From positions 15,750,001-15,810,000 of the forward strand of contig CM075989.1 in NCBI GenBank assembly GCA_038087875.1: a stretch of DNA of 60,000 nt, in the 5' to 3' direction. Origin of the DNA: Malacoraja senta. Lineage: Eukaryota. The notes under the pieces are model-generated. The model did no database searches. It was not told the DNA's origin and saw only the letters and a program-made list of their open reading frames with translations. A program made the position numbers and the translations under genes. Each line of letters opens with the position of its first letter. Positions within the stretch are counted from its first letter, which is position 1. This document shows positions 21,919-35,908 of the stretch, in pieces.

Positions 21919-24900
21919 ATAAATAAGCACTTAGATACATAAGCATCTTCGGTAAGCATCTCAGATACTTTCCAAATCTCAGTTTGCAAGTGCGGCTTTC
22001 TTGACCTGACCATAAAGGTCTGTTGTTCTGGTGACATTACAGGGTCGATCTGGCCAAGTGTAGCCAAGTTTGCGTTGACCGAGATATGAATCCCCTGAAT
22101 GGTGGAGGAAAGGCATTGACTTACTGTACCCTTGCAAGTTATTAGGTCTTTGTATGATTCATCGCCTTGATTGGCCAGATGAGCTCATGGAACAAAGGAA
22201 AACAGCGACAAGATCCAATTTCCTTCCTGAAATCCCAACATCCCACCGAGACAACATATTCCCATGTCCCAGGGCAACTTTTTGTTTAGTGATTGTGTGT
22301 GGTGTTGCCTTGTTTTCTTCATTCTGGTGGGAATGGTAAAAATGTTCATTGCTGTAAATTAATCTGGGATGTCCTGAAGTTATGATGGGGGTTAAATCTA
22401 TGCTCGTTATGTCCTTTATCTTAATATTCCTGTTGTGCTATGAACATATCCCACACAAAGCAAACGATGAATTGGTGCAATGATCTTTAATATAGCACAC
22501 GATTAATTTAAAGGAAAGAACATATGGGCAAGTGGATTAGTTTCAACCAATATACTCACCGGTGTTTTTCGCTGTGTAAACAGCTAGAGAGACCAGTGAG
22601 GCAACGCACTGCGGTGCCCACAGACAGCGAGGGAACCAGCTCTGTGGCCCCTCATCACAATTACCCCTCCTGTGGCTAATCATAGTTCAGCGTCGGTAAG
22701 GCACATGTTTGTGTCTTGGACAACTTCCTAGTTAAGCAACAGAAGGCAAAAAGTGCCAGAGGAAATAAGAAGTAAACATTTATAAAAACATTATACTGCC
22801 CCGCAATCTTCAAACTAGCTTTGAATCGACTGAGTTTAGTTGCATAATAAAAATGTTTAGACAATTGTGTTTATTAAGTCCTGTGCAGCTTTCAAACTCA
22901 GTTTATTGGTTGCAATATGTCTCCTTCTCTTGGTATGCCATGAAATATTCCCAATTTCTAATCAAGAAATGGCAGTCATTTTGTATCTTCTACCAGAGCT
23001 TGAGGGCAATCATTGAGATTCAGGTGCGCCTGAGAGCGTACATAAACTGTGCATGGATCATATGTTAAAGACCTACATTTATAGATCTAATGCTGCAAAT
23101 GGGAAACAGTACAGTCCCGACTAATAGCATGTGTGCCGTGTGAGTGCAGCCCTGTCATCACCTGCATGCCCGAATCAGCAAACATCTGCTTCCTATTTCG
23201 TTTTATGCAAGGTGCAAGTGTTTTCCACTTGAGGTTCTTGTAATATATGCAGCTTTGTCAGAATCATTTTAGACAAACTTTTGTAAACAGACGTTTTCAG
23301 CAGGGATTCAGATATTCCGCTGAAACTGTACACTGTTATATTGTCAAAACTCTTTTCCTGAAACTTAATCCATTCGGACACATTTCACTACTGGAAAATA
23401 CACCTTGTAAATGTTCCCATTAGTTAGCTTTGCACACTTTGATAAAGAGAGTTTGTTGTTCTGAGCAAGATTCTCACTCTGAGATGTCATTGAGGCTGTG
23501 AGCAATTCCTTCTCTCAGCAGAAAATCACTCCCAAACATCTGGCTCCCAGGCTACTGAATTGACTGTTCTCTCAAACATATTTTTTTTCTTTTTCCATTC
23601 ATTCAAACTTTTTATTAATAATTTCCTGTTTTCCCATACTTAACTATCTGGACTGATGTGCTACTTCTACAATAAAGCTGGACATAAATGGCATTAACAT
23701 TTTGGCTGCTCCCACTGTTGTCTCCACCATTTCTCAAGGTTCTTCCCTTGTCCCCTCTCTGCTTCTTACTTCTTAGCACCATCGTTCACCAGTCTCCACA
23801 CATACACTCTTCGCCCCCAACTCCAGCTCACCAGTAGCTCTCTCCACCCCACCTCTCTCTTTCCTTCGGTCATGTACAGTGTGACATCCAGTGGAGACAT
23901 CCAGTGGAAACAGTGGAGACAAACACCCTGTTCCTATCGCAAACTCTCAACGTAGTCTCCAACCCCATCCCTCTCCCATTGCCCATTCCAACATTGACCC
24001 ATGCTGTTTGTTATAATAAAACAGGAACACTTAGCCAGTCAGGCAGCATCTGTGGAAAGAGCAACATTGATCAGAAGTCTGAAGAAGGGTCTCACCCATT
24101 CCTTCTCTCCAGAGATGCTGCCTGTCCCGAGTTACTCCAGCAATTTGTGTCATCTTGATCAGAACCTTGACTCAAAATGTTAACCCTGGTTCTCTCTCCA
24201 CAGAGCCTGTTTTTTATAGCCTGCACCTCTAGCTTTAGCTCTTTATCCCCTTTGGTTTGAAGGAAGGATGTTCCATAGCACTTACTACTGCCAGAAGCAG
24301 TGGTGGTACCTGTTAGATTTATCTCAGTTATTATAAGAACCCTCATCACTGCCATGTTGATATATTGTGCCACCATTACATATTCAGAACCAGAGTGTGT
24401 AGATAATATCTGAAGAGATTTGGTGCTGAGGTTCCTATGACCTTAACTCAATCTCCCGCAGTCAAAATGGTGAAAACCAGTCCTTGAGAGCTCCACTATC
24501 GGGAACGTTCAGGCACCCAATATATAGGGCTGGTGCATCTTGGTTCCTATCACGTATCAGCTGTTGAAGTTGTTCATCTGCCCAAAGTAAAACAGCAGGC
24601 AAAAGAGAGAACCAGATGATTCAGGAGTGGGGCTGGAGGAATCCCTGGCCTGGATCACACATTGCGCATTGCATCGCAACCTTGGCCAGCTCTTTCCTCA
24701 CAGCTACTCCTGCTTCACCACAGGAAGCTTCCCAGATGTGTGGCGGAAATCTCATTTGCAGATAAAGATTCCGTCAAAGTTGTGGCTCTGGAGCAGGAGC
24801 AGGTCCAGTCAGTGCGTTCTCTGGCCACCCGTCAGCATAGAGGCAAGCTTCTGTTGGCTTGAACACAGACATGTTCTCCAGTTGTATTTTCACTCTTTCC

Positions 24901-24959
24901 ATACAGATGTTTCTCTGCTGGTCTTTATTAATATAGTTCAGCTTAAAAATCAAATCCTG

Positions 24960-26078
24960 AATGTATCAATCCCAAACAACCTATCAAACCCCCCCACTTA
25001 TGTATCCAATTATCACTTGCTTGGCTTTCTACTGCCCCACCTCGCTTCCAGCTTTCTTCCCATCCCACCACTATCAGCCTGAAGAAGGGTCCCAATCGAA
25101 ATGTCATCTATCCACGATCTCCAGAGATGCTGCTTGTCCCGCTGAGTTACTCCGGCACTTTGTGTTCTTTACACACATTCTCTATATGGACACAAGCCAA
25201 TAGGGACATGTGCCAGATACCCCCTACATGTCACAGTGCACCGTGGCATCCTCCGCCCAGCACCACCCCTACCCCAACCCCTGTGCCTTCTGCACCCCAA
25301 CCCCATCACTATCTCTCAGTCTGTTGATTGCATTTGAAGACTGAGTCTGGAGTATTATCTTGAATGTATGATTAGGAACTAAGATGGTTCGATCCCCAAT
25401 GTTGGGAAGCTGGAAGGTAATAAAATGAAACCACAGATGCTGGTTTATACCAAAGATAGACACAAAGTGCTGGAGTAATTCAGCGGGTCAGGCAGCATCT
25501 CTGGAGAAAATGGATAGGTAATATTATGGGTTGGGACCCTTCTTCAAACCCGATCTGAAATGTCACCTATCTGTTGGAAAGATGGACCTTGCTTTCTTTG
25601 TGATTCTAATCTGTAAACCTCCTTTATATGTGTACGAGATTCTTGTTAAAGGGAACGTTAGCTGCTTTCCCCAAACTCAGGATCACTGCCAGATGACATT
25701 GACTGAAACCTGGCAGCTATCCTGGGCCTGTCGATACTGAGAAGTCTAATGAAATTACCTCATGCTACAAACTCCCTGCTTCATGTGATGGTGCTGCCGT
25801 ATTTTCACACCGTTCTTTTAGGTTTGGATGGAAAATTATGTACCCAAAAGTTCGAACATTGAACAGAGGGCCTGATTTGTTCTGGCCTTTTCTCGACCCC
25901 CCCCCCCCCCCCGCAACCCCACCATCCCACCCGCCATCTCTACTTTCAATCTGAAGAAGGGTCTCGACCTGAAACGTCACCTATTCCTTTTCTCCAGAGA
26001 GGCTACTTGACCCGTTGGGAGCTACTCCAGCATTTTGTGTCTATCTTCAGTATAAATCAGCATCTGCAGTTCCTTCCT
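24960..26078. mobile_element. Three Penelope-derived fragments (~24960-25170 +, ~25430-25572, ~25890-26078 +)
   Basis: Pyrimidine-rich UTR leading into CTGAAGAAGGGTC...GAAA and the shared CCAGAGA(T/G)GCT...TACTCC(A/G)GCA body. Confidence 0.6.
25951..25978 (+). ncRNA. Candidate minimal type I hammerhead ribozyme core
   Basis: CTGAAGA-A-GGGT(CTCG)ACCT-GAAAC-GTC: CUGANGA and GAAA boxes, 4-bp stem II, GUC cleavage triplet. Confidence 0.45.
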
Positions 26079-26084
26079 CAATAA

Positions 26085-26320
26085 AACAGTGCAGCACAGG
26101 AACAATGTTTGTGCCGAACATGATGCCAAGTTAAACTGATCTCATCTGCCTGTACATGATCCATATCCCGCTATTCCTTGCACTTCCATGTGCTTATCCA
26201 AAAGACTCTTCACCACCACCCCTGGCAGTGTGTTTCAGGCCCTGCACCACGCTCTGTGTAAAAAAAGAACTTGCCCTGCAAATCTCCATTAAACTTTCCC
26301 CCTCTCACCTTAGTGAGATC
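26085..26320 (-). mobile_element. CR1/HER1 LINE 3' fragment
   Basis: CATGATGCCAAG...CCATATCCC...CACCACCCCTGGCAG...TTTCCCCCTCTCACCTTA is the reverse complement of a CR1 3' end. Confidence 0.55.
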
Positions 26321-26739
26321 TAATTCCTCGTGACACATTTCTCTGCCCTGTACAAGTGTAGCTGCCACTTCAGTTGCAACAGCAGACTTCTCTCAGTCAA
26401 CAGATGGAATGTTTTCACCCAGCATCCTGTTACACTGAGGGGAGGAAGCTCTGTGCAGCTGATCTGGAAAATTGTCAGGAGACCTTGTGCAGTTTGAGAG
26501 CTGGGCCTCGCTGCACAGATGCTGTGCTTCCCAACCTTGGTTGGACGTGTTCCAGGAGCTTTCTTCACACAGTATTCCCCCTACCTCAGGGCACCTGGTC
26601 AGCCCGCAGTTCCAGCGTACACCCTGATTGCCATCGACTTTAGAGCTGAAATTAGGACACAGAATGTACACACTTTTGCTAACAGCTCGAAGACTTCACT
26701 GGTGCTCCTCCTGAGAACCTGTAACTCTTGGAGGCTCCA

Positions 26740-27670
26740 GGACAATCCCGGCTTGTGAGATATGGAGCCAGATACATTGGCGCGGACCAACAGTGATGAT
26801 AGGTGACAAATCATCCTCCACGATAATCCTCAACACTGGTGCACCACAAGGATGTGTTCTCAGCCCCCTTCTATACTCCTTACACACACTCATAACTGTG
26901 CAGCCAAATCAAACTCGATTTACAAATTTATAGACGAAAGAGCTATAGTGCACAGGATATCAAGTAATGTCGCGACAGAGTACAGGAAGGAGATTAAGAC
27001 CCTCATAACCTGGTGCTAAGACAACAACCTCTCCCTCAATGTCAGCAAGACAAAGGAGATTGTGATCGAAATCAGGAAGCCTTTTTGCCTCCGAAGTAGA
27101 GATAGTTGATAGCTTCAAGTTGTTAGGAGTATATATTTGTCTTGGACCAGCCAATGGCCAAAAAAGCAGATCAATGGCTTTACTTCTTTAGAAGGCTTAG
27201 GAAGTTCAGCATGTCCCCAACAACCCTCGCCAACGTCATAGAAAGTATTTTATTGCGATGCGTCACAGCGTGGTTTGGGAACAGCTGCAACCAGGGCTGT
27301 AAGAAATTGCAGAGAGTTGTGGACGCAACCCAGTCCATCACACAAACCAACCACCCTTCCATTGACACCATCTACATTTCAAGCTGCCTCGGCGAGTTCA
27401 CTCTCTGCTGTCACTCCCCCTTCTCCTTTCTCCCCTCAGGCAAGAGGTACAGATGTTTGAGCTCCCATCTATCTCATTGGAGACCCTCAGACTTTCATTG
27501 GACTTTACTGGACTTTATCTTGCAATAAATATTATTTCCCTCATCCTGTATCTGTACACTGTTCATGGCTTGAATGTAATCATGTATAGTCTTTTTGCTG
27601 ACTGGATAGCATGCAATAAAAAAAGCTTTTCACTGTACCTTGTTACACGAGACAATAATAAACTAAACTA
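26740..27670 (+). mobile_element. Rex1/Babar-type LINE, decayed RT and 3' end
   Basis: Translates IILNTGAPQGCVLSPLLYSL, WC.DNNLSLNVSKTKEIVI, LYFFRRLRKFSMS and KKLQRVV, with frameshifts and stops; ends in an AATAAACTAAAC tail. Confidence 0.75.
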
Positions 27671-27778
27671 CCCTCCAAGGTTCTATCTAGTTTCACAAAT
27701 TTAATTAATTGCTGTTAGTTCTGTCTGCCCTTTAGTAAGGCCACCAGAGGCTTCAGAGCTCATTCAGCCTGAATTAGG

Positions 27779-28087
27779 ATGGCACGGTGGCATAGTGGTA
27801 GAGTTGCTGCTTTACAGCGCCAGACCCAGGTTCGATCCTGACTACGGGTGCTGTCTGAACGGAGTTTGTACGTTCTCCCTGTGACCGCGTAGGTTTTCTC
27901 CGAGATTTTCGGTTCCCTCCCACACTCCAAAGACGTTGAGGTTTGTCGGTTAATTGGCTTGGTATAAATGTAAATTGTCGCTAGTGTGTGTAGGGTTGTG
28001 TTAATGTGCGGGGATCGGTGCGGACTCGGTGGGCCGAGGGGCCTGTTTCCAAGCTGTATGTCTAAACTAAACTAAACTAAACTAAAC
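27779..28087 (+). mobile_element. HE1 (V-SINE) tRNA-derived SINE, full length
   Basis: A box TGGCATAGTGG, B box GGTTCGATCC, V-domain GGAGTTTGTACGTTCTCCCTGTGACCGCGT, CR1-like tail GGGCCTGTTTCC and (CTAAA)n. Confidence 0.8.
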
Positions 28088-30769
28088 GCCCAGCCATGTT
28101 CTCCAGAAATACTACCTGACCTGCTGAGTTATTCTAGCACTTTGTGTCCTTTTGTATATTAACCAGCATCTGCAGTTCTTTGTTTCTTTACTCTTCCCAG
28201 TGTTGGGCTATGAAAGCAGTCTGCCTTCTGTGTCCCTGATTTGCTCAGTAACAGGGGCAGTACCTGAGGAAGATGTCCGTCTATTGGGCAACCTATCTGA
28301 AGTAAGAATCAACAAGTGGGACTTGCTACGGGTTTCCCCATGGGTCTGAAGCCAGGCGTACCAGTGAAAATATTCCCAGAAGACTTCCCCTTTAGCTACA
28401 GTGCAGTCCGCTTTTAATTAACGATCCATTAAAAGGGCAATTTCTTTCCGAGATTGAGCCAGAGACCAATAAACCACTCATTTCTATTTCTTTATCTTCC
28501 TTCACTCACCAAATGGCGTCAAAACACAGAAATAGAATGCGTTGAGTAATTACTGTGCTTTAGAACATTATATAATAGGTATCCCAATCTACCAAGCTTT
28601 GACAAAGGCATCCGTGTAGAAGACAAATCAAGCATGATCTAATTAGACCTAAATGAAAGGAGAATCTTGCACAACAAAAGCACAAACAGATGGAATAACT
28701 GCTGCCTTGGTTGCGTTTAAAGGGCCTGGTCATCATAAACATTCACAAAGCTATCCGAACCCGGAGATGGAGTTACAACCTTGTAACATATACTTTATGG
28801 CAGCTGTTATTATTTATAATGTATACAACCTGTGTATCTTCAAAAATAAATGTAAACCTCGAGTACCGGAAGTCTTTCAGCTTTCAAACTATGCTCACTC
28901 TTTCTCACATAACATCTGCAAAAATGGTATTCTGCAAATTTATAATATTTAACAATAATGGACCTCTTGTGGGTTTGCTTATGTTTGGCCTTCTAAGCCT
29001 TAATAACAGCCATTCCTCCCACTTCCTGCATAGTTTCATGTCTTCTTCTTTTGGCAAAGGTCTTTCCTTCTTTGTTCCCTGAACCACACTCAGTAGGGGA
29101 TTGGTGTGCCCAAGGGTATTTTTTGCAAACAGTCTCATTCTCATCCACAACCCTGCCTCCATCTCTTCACTGTTCAAAACTGCTCACAAAGATAGTCCCC
29201 TGTCTATCCTTCTAGCATGGAATTACGTAGAACATATAGTTGGAAAACAGACCATTCAGCCCAACCAGCCCATGTTGGTGGTTAAGCCCCACTCAAGCTT
29301 CAGCTTCATCTAACTTATTAACTCAACGCACTGCGGGAGGAGGTGGTGGAATCAGATACAATCACTATATTTAAGAGGCATTTTGACAAATTCTTAAATA
29401 GACAAGGCTTAGAACAATACAGTCTTAATGAAGATGAGCGCAAAGGTCAGCATGGATGTAACGGGCTGAAGGGCCTGTTTCTGTGCCATATGATTCTATG
29501 GCTATTACCTTCCTAATGCACGCTAATCGTTATATTATTTCATTATTAATGCAGTAACAGCCTTGACTCTTGACACCTTGAGCTACATATCCTCAACCTC
29601 TTTGCTCCTTTCTGATTTTGTGGTAGCTATCATGTATTGGTGGCCCCTTCACATGGAGATACTTTTGTGAAGGAGACATCTTTGGCCAGATGAAGAAATG
29701 TCTTCCACAGGTTAGTTGACTTTGCCCCTGGACCTCCGTAATGGAAGAGTGTCACGTTGGAAGAGGACCCATTGTTACATTTTACTTACACCAGGCAACT
29801 GAAGGCGGGAAGCTGGCTGACCATTTGGGGATCATAAATAATGGGGCAGAGGCACAGCTGGAGGCCAGATGTTCAGAGGCCCATTAGGATACGTTGCGCG
29901 GTTTATGAGAGTTGCTGGAGCTAAGTTTCTATGCCTTTCTCCGGTTGCTCTCCTTCTGCCATCATCAGCTCATCTTGTCCATGAGCTCACCCCACTGACT
30001 CCATTCCCACTGACTGCTGACGACCAACTCCGCTTCCCCTTCACCCATCAGCCCAACATGAAGAGTGCTCCCTGGTAATCCGGCACTCTCCCCCAGCCCC
30101 ACCTCTCTCCACACAAACATTGCCCCTTTTCCCTGCTATCAACACCTACCTCCGTAACAACCTTGCTCTGTATGGTTCTTAGTCATTGTTAACTCCCATA
30201 TTCCTGCCTCTTTTCCAACAAAACACTGCATTGCCCAAGCACAGCAGTGTGACAGTGTACATCACCCCCTCCTCCAATACTCTTTGCACAGTACTACCTC
30301 CCCTTGCCTTCCTGCGTGTGCATCTCGATGGGCTCACTTACACCTGGTCCCATCTGCTGGCAGTCAAAGCATTTCCAGTAATTGCTTCTTTCCCTGATCT
30401 GACATTAATCCCAAGGGGTTCCCTCAATGTTTCCCTTCATTCATACAGACTACATGAGTGCAGAGACATGGAAGCAAGGGAATGCATTTTAGTGACTGGC
30501 AGAGGTGTTTTGAATTCTTCCTAAGAATCTCTGTTTCATCTTACCTAGAATGAAAAACTGGGAGCAGGAGAGCTTCACATTTCACCCAGATAATTTATGT
30601 TGCTTCCCCTAGAACACTGAGCCACGTGCACCTTTCTAACGTGGAAATTACATATTAAGTTGATCTTAAGCACCTGTGCTTTGCACAGATTAGATGGCAT
30701 ACAACCATTGATTACTAGGCCTGAGCATTTGTAGATGCAATGCTCAATCGTTGGTCAATTGTTTTCCAA

Positions 30770-31000
30770 ACAACAGATGCATATCCAATGGGAACAACAT
30801 CGAATGCCATTATATCCAATAGCCCAATACCATCCAATCCATTGTCATTCAATCCAATGCCACAGTATCCCATGCCATCCAATCCAATGCCCATCCAATC
30901 CAATGCCCATCCAAAGACAATGCCAACTAGCAGCACCCAATTCAACACCACTCAGTTGTACGGCATGCAATTCAACTCTGTCCCAGCCAACACTCATCCA
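30770..31000 (+). repeat. Degenerate pentamer repeat (CCAAT/CCATC/ATGCC)
   Basis: Directly visible 5-nt periodicity, e.g. ATCCAATCCAATGCCCATCCAATCCAATGCCCATCC. Confidence 0.7.
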
Positions 31001-33046
31001 ATGATATCATTAGGGACTGCAGGACCTGCTGCCATATACAATGACAAAAATTTCCGGTCATATGTACAATTTGCAATTCTAAATCTCCAAACACTAAGGA
31101 CTAGACGCTGCTGTAGATCAGCAAGGAGGAATGACTTAAAGCCACCCCGGTGTTCTTTCGACATTTGTCTCTTTGCTTCTGACAACTACAGCCTTTATTC
31201 CGCAGCATATTTCTAACATTGCTGTATATTTTCTGATTTATAGTGGCCCCCCCCCCCACATAATTCACCACACACCTGAGTGGTGCCCCCCTCTGTCAGT
31301 GTGACGAGTCCATGCAGTAATTGGTCCACTCCTGGTGTGGGACAAGCCTTATCATGTGTCTATACACTGTAAAAGGATCGATGTATTGTCTTTCTGCTGA
31401 CTGGTTAGCACACAACAAAAAGCTTTTCACCTCGGTACACGTGGCAATAAACTAAACTGAACAGAAGCTGTGTTGACTATCATGGATCGTGGCCACCCAA
31501 CCTCTGTCTTCCCACCACATGCTCCATGGTTGCCATGGCGAGAGGTTCTTTAAGGCTCTGACAAAACAAGACATGGTTGTCAGGGTCCATGACACAGCAG
31601 TCTTGGCCTTCAACAAATGTGCAGGTAAGGTTGTTAAGAGTGAACCAGGTGAAAAATCACGCTAGCCATTTGTTACGTCAAGTGTTTTTACCAACTTGCT
31701 ATTTTCAGCCAGGTGGTCCAACTGGACATTTGTGCATTCATTTAGCTGTGCAAAAAATAGTGAACTTGGCAATAGTGTGACACGTTAGACCCTCCTGCTG
31801 TTGGTGCAGGGATAAACTGTCCCCCCATGATCCTGATCGTCTGAAAGTTGCTTCGATATTTGTGGAGCAAATTGTGTAAGGAGATATATGTGCTGGGAAA
31901 TTGAACACATGGGAGTGGGTTTCTTTACGTGTAAGTCACTTTACGTTGCTTGGTGGACATTGGGAAATTGGATTGGGAGCTGCCATGCACGACTCCCCTA
32001 GTTTTACACGAATCCCGCACCAATCTTGCAGCCAACAGTGTCATCACCTGTGCAGCAGCTATTTCTGTGATTACTGAACTACCTTGGTGTGTTAACCTAC
32101 CGCCTGCATTTAATTAGCACAAAGAAAGCAAGGAACAAACCGCAGGGCAGATTGGCAGAGAGACGTGAATTAAGGAGTCGCCAGTGTGTGCCATGACTTC
32201 ACTCACAGCTTCGATCACAATATTCAGTCCCATGGGCAAGCACCATTGTCGGCTCCCTCAATGATCGCAGCATAGCCAGACTGATCGAGTCATACGCTGC
32301 AGAAGTTCATGTCCGTAAATGATAGGAGCAGAATTGAACCATTCGGCCCATCAAGTCTACTCCGCCATTCAATCGTGGCTGATCTATCTTTCCCTCCCAA
32401 CCCCATTCTCCTGCTTTCTCCCCATAACCCCTGACACCCGTACTAATCAGGGCAGGGTCCCTCACAGCACAGGGCTCTTTCAGTGCATTAAAATGCTGCT
32501 TTCAATGTAAATTTGCAGTTTTGCAAACGGTTTCCAGAGAGGGCTTTAGTGTCACTCAGTAGATGTTTAACACCAGAGAAGGGTGAAGCTCAATCTCTAC
32601 GCATTAGACTTTCAAAATCTGACGTGAGGTGATTTGAGACAAGGCCTCTTAATAGGTTCCAGCTTTTATGTACAGGATAGAGCACAACCTGCAGCAGATT
32701 ACGTGTCTGAAGCCCTGAAGACCTTATATCATAAAGAACATTGCATTCAATGGTTCAATGGCACCTTATTGTCATGTGTACCTAAGTACAGTGTAACGTT
32801 TTTTGCATACAGTTCAGGGACATCCAGAAGGAGGAACAGTCCATTTAATTCATTGGGGTCATTGTGGCATTTAACATAATATGGGTAATCTATTATCTAA
32901 CTTTGTACTCTCTCCCTAAGATCAGGTCCCTTCATTGCCTTGATTTCTAAAGAAAGCAGCAATGATAAGCTTCTGACAATTTATTTAAAGGAAAGGTTAC
33001 AGAGGCATTTGCCTAATCCAACTTGTGGATTTACAAAATACTCTGG

Positions 33047-33602
33047 GTTTAGTTTAGTGTAATTGAGAGATATAGCATGGAACCAGGCCCTTCAGCCCGT
33101 CGAGTCCATGCTCACCATCGATCACCATTCACACTGGTTACATGTTATTCCACTTTCACATCCACACACTAGGGGCAATTTTACAGAGGCCAATTAACAC
33201 TACAAATCACATGTCTTTGGGATATGGGAAACTGGATCATCCAGAGGAAATCCATGCAATCACAGGGACAGCATGAGGTCAGGGTTGCACCCGGGTCTCT
33301 GGCGTGTGAGGTAGAGCTGCTGCCACACAGTGCCAAACCTGTTCCAGGGTTCAATCCTGACCTTGGGTGCTGTCTGTGTGGAGTTTGCATGTTTTCCCTG
33401 TGAACACGTTGATTTCCTCTGGGTGCTGCGATTTCCTCCCACATCCCAAAGGCGTGTGGCTTTGTAGGTTAATTGGCCTGTATAAAATTGCCCCATGCGT
33501 CTAGAGTGGATGTGTAAGTGGGATAACTTGTGTAAACTGGTGATCGATGTTCAACATGGACTTATGGGCCGAAGAGCCTGTTTTTCCACTCTGCATTTCT
33601 AA
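33047..33602. mobile_element. Two HE1 SINEs fused head-to-head (- copy ~33047-33310, + copy ~33309-33602)
   Basis: (TTTAG)n and CAGGCCCTTCAGCCC at the left end; V-domain GTGTGGAGTTTGCATGTTTTCCCTGTG and GGGCCGAAGAGCCTGTTT at the right. Confidence 0.65.
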
Positions 33603-35908
33603 ATGACAGCTAAAAGCTGCACCAGTTGTATCATACATGGTTGTATCAATAACCAATGTGAATGAATCATTCCCACTTAGTATTATCAGTGCGATTGAAA
33701 AGGTGCGTTATAAAAGTATTCGGTAATAAAAGCAATGGTTGCTTCTGATAGAGATCTCTCCCACTCACTACCTGCATGTCAATGTAAACACATCCAAGTC
33801 TTCCTAACACTTCAGAAGTGGAGGAGGCTGATACTTGGAGCTGGAAAACAGAGAGCTGACAAACTCCAGTCTATGTTGGCTATCAGCTGGAAAGGCTGGT
33901 TACTGCCACATGGCCCAACATTAAGTGATGTTAGATCTGATCATTTCAACAGGAATGATATTAAATGTACTTCACTTGGGAATAGGGCAGCCAGCACCTG
34001 TTTGATTCCACTTACTATTCAGTCCTCTCTTATTTTACTCCGACCTCTCGTCTCCCAAGGATGGTAAATCACGACCCACAAGTGCCCACAGCTCAACCTC
34101 TTGCAGCCCAAGAGCTCCAGGTCACCCGTCCACATGGTGAGCCCCTTCCCTTCAGCTAATCATTTGCACATTGCATCAGCATTGAATGGGAGGTGGATAC
34201 AACAGATATTCCGCAATGTTACTGATCGTTTTTACACAAAATGAATTACAACTTGAGGGGAATGGCTTTTGTTTTGGCAGAAATCCTGGCATCCTGCTTT
34301 GCCAACTTGAATTTAGCTCAGAGGGAGTGGATGCCTGACTCTAGGCAGAAAACAACTTTAAATCAATTACTTAGGGACATATCCCACTTGCCAAACCTTC
34401 ATGCGACTATTTTTCAAACCATTTATTCCTCAAATGTTGAAAATCTAGTTTGAGCAAGGTTTCAACACCTCCCATTGACCCACTTCAACATGTCCGTTGA
34501 TTTATTTGATATTGTTTTAAAGTTATCACAGTTCATTGTGTGATCAGGCAATGAGATCTTCACATGATGTGTGCTGAAGGGTGTAACAGTTTCATTGTTT
34601 GATACATGGGCTGCAATAGACATTTCCAAACATGACATCAATAAAAACGCAATAAAATCAAACTGAGTTTTTTGATTTAACTGGCACAGACTCGTCAGCT
34701 TTGACATGAATATATTAATGAGCAGCGTTTAGACTTTGTGCCAGAATATGTCAGGAACTGAAAGCTGCAGACACGAGGCTGTTTCTCAACACAGCTCAAA
34801 CCATTTTATAGATGAGGTAGTAAAAGATCAGGGGCAGCAAGGGGGAAAAGATACTGACAAAAACAATGCAGAACGGCTTTTAAAGATTTGTTAATATTGA
34901 TCCATTACAAAAAACAATGCTATACTTTACGCAACATATCTTGAATTACTGTCAGAACTTGAAATATAGTGCAGGATGATGTAAATGGGTAACTGTGCAT
35001 AGATGGGTTATCAACTTCTGCATCACCAGAGGCCATTCAGCCCATTGCAAATGTACCTGTTCTTCGAATCTTTTAACTGTCCAGCCCTATCCTTAACTTC
35101 ATCCATCACTGGAAGGACACAAAGTGCTGGAGTAACTCAGTGGGTCAGGCGGCATCTCTGGAGAACACGGATAGGTTTTGCAAACTGGCATCTGCCGTTT
35201 CACATCAAGAATTGATGTTAGAAGTGACACATGTAGCTACTTGCGGCTGTCTAATAACCACATAGATTGGCTTTCAGTCGACACACATCAGAAGGTTGAA
35301 TGGCTGTGTTGGTGCAACATTTGAAAATTGAAGCTCTAGTTGTACGCCAGCATTGTGAAGAGATTGTACAAGGGCAAAGAGATGCATAACTCGGATGATG
35401 TGTAGCACAGGGTTCAGCTTGGAGCCGACCACAGAAGCATGCATCGTATGCCCTTGAATTTCAGAGGCTGAAGGGCAATTTATTTAAGGTCCCTGCAAGT
35501 GAGAGAAAAAATTGATAAAGTGAACTTCAAGAGGCTATTTCCTCTCGAAGGGTTATCTAGATAATGGGTTATCACAAGATAATGGCCAAAATCTTAAGTT
35601 TCGAGGCTGGAAGCAATATTAAAAGGGGACTGGAAATGTGGACTCACGCCTGCCTCAAGGCAGAGAGAGGCACTGAGTCACAGACTGAGATTGACCGTTT
35701 TTTAGACTTTAATAGACGTTAGAGATACAGAGCGGAAACAGGCCCTTTGGCTCATCGGGTTTGCACTGACCAGCAATCACGCCATGCACTACCACTATCC
35801 TACGCAATAGGGCTCATTTACAATTTTTTTATGGAAGCCAATTAATCTGCAAACCTGCACGTCTTTGGAATGTGGGAGGAAACAAGTGCACCCAGAAAAA
35901 CCCCATGG

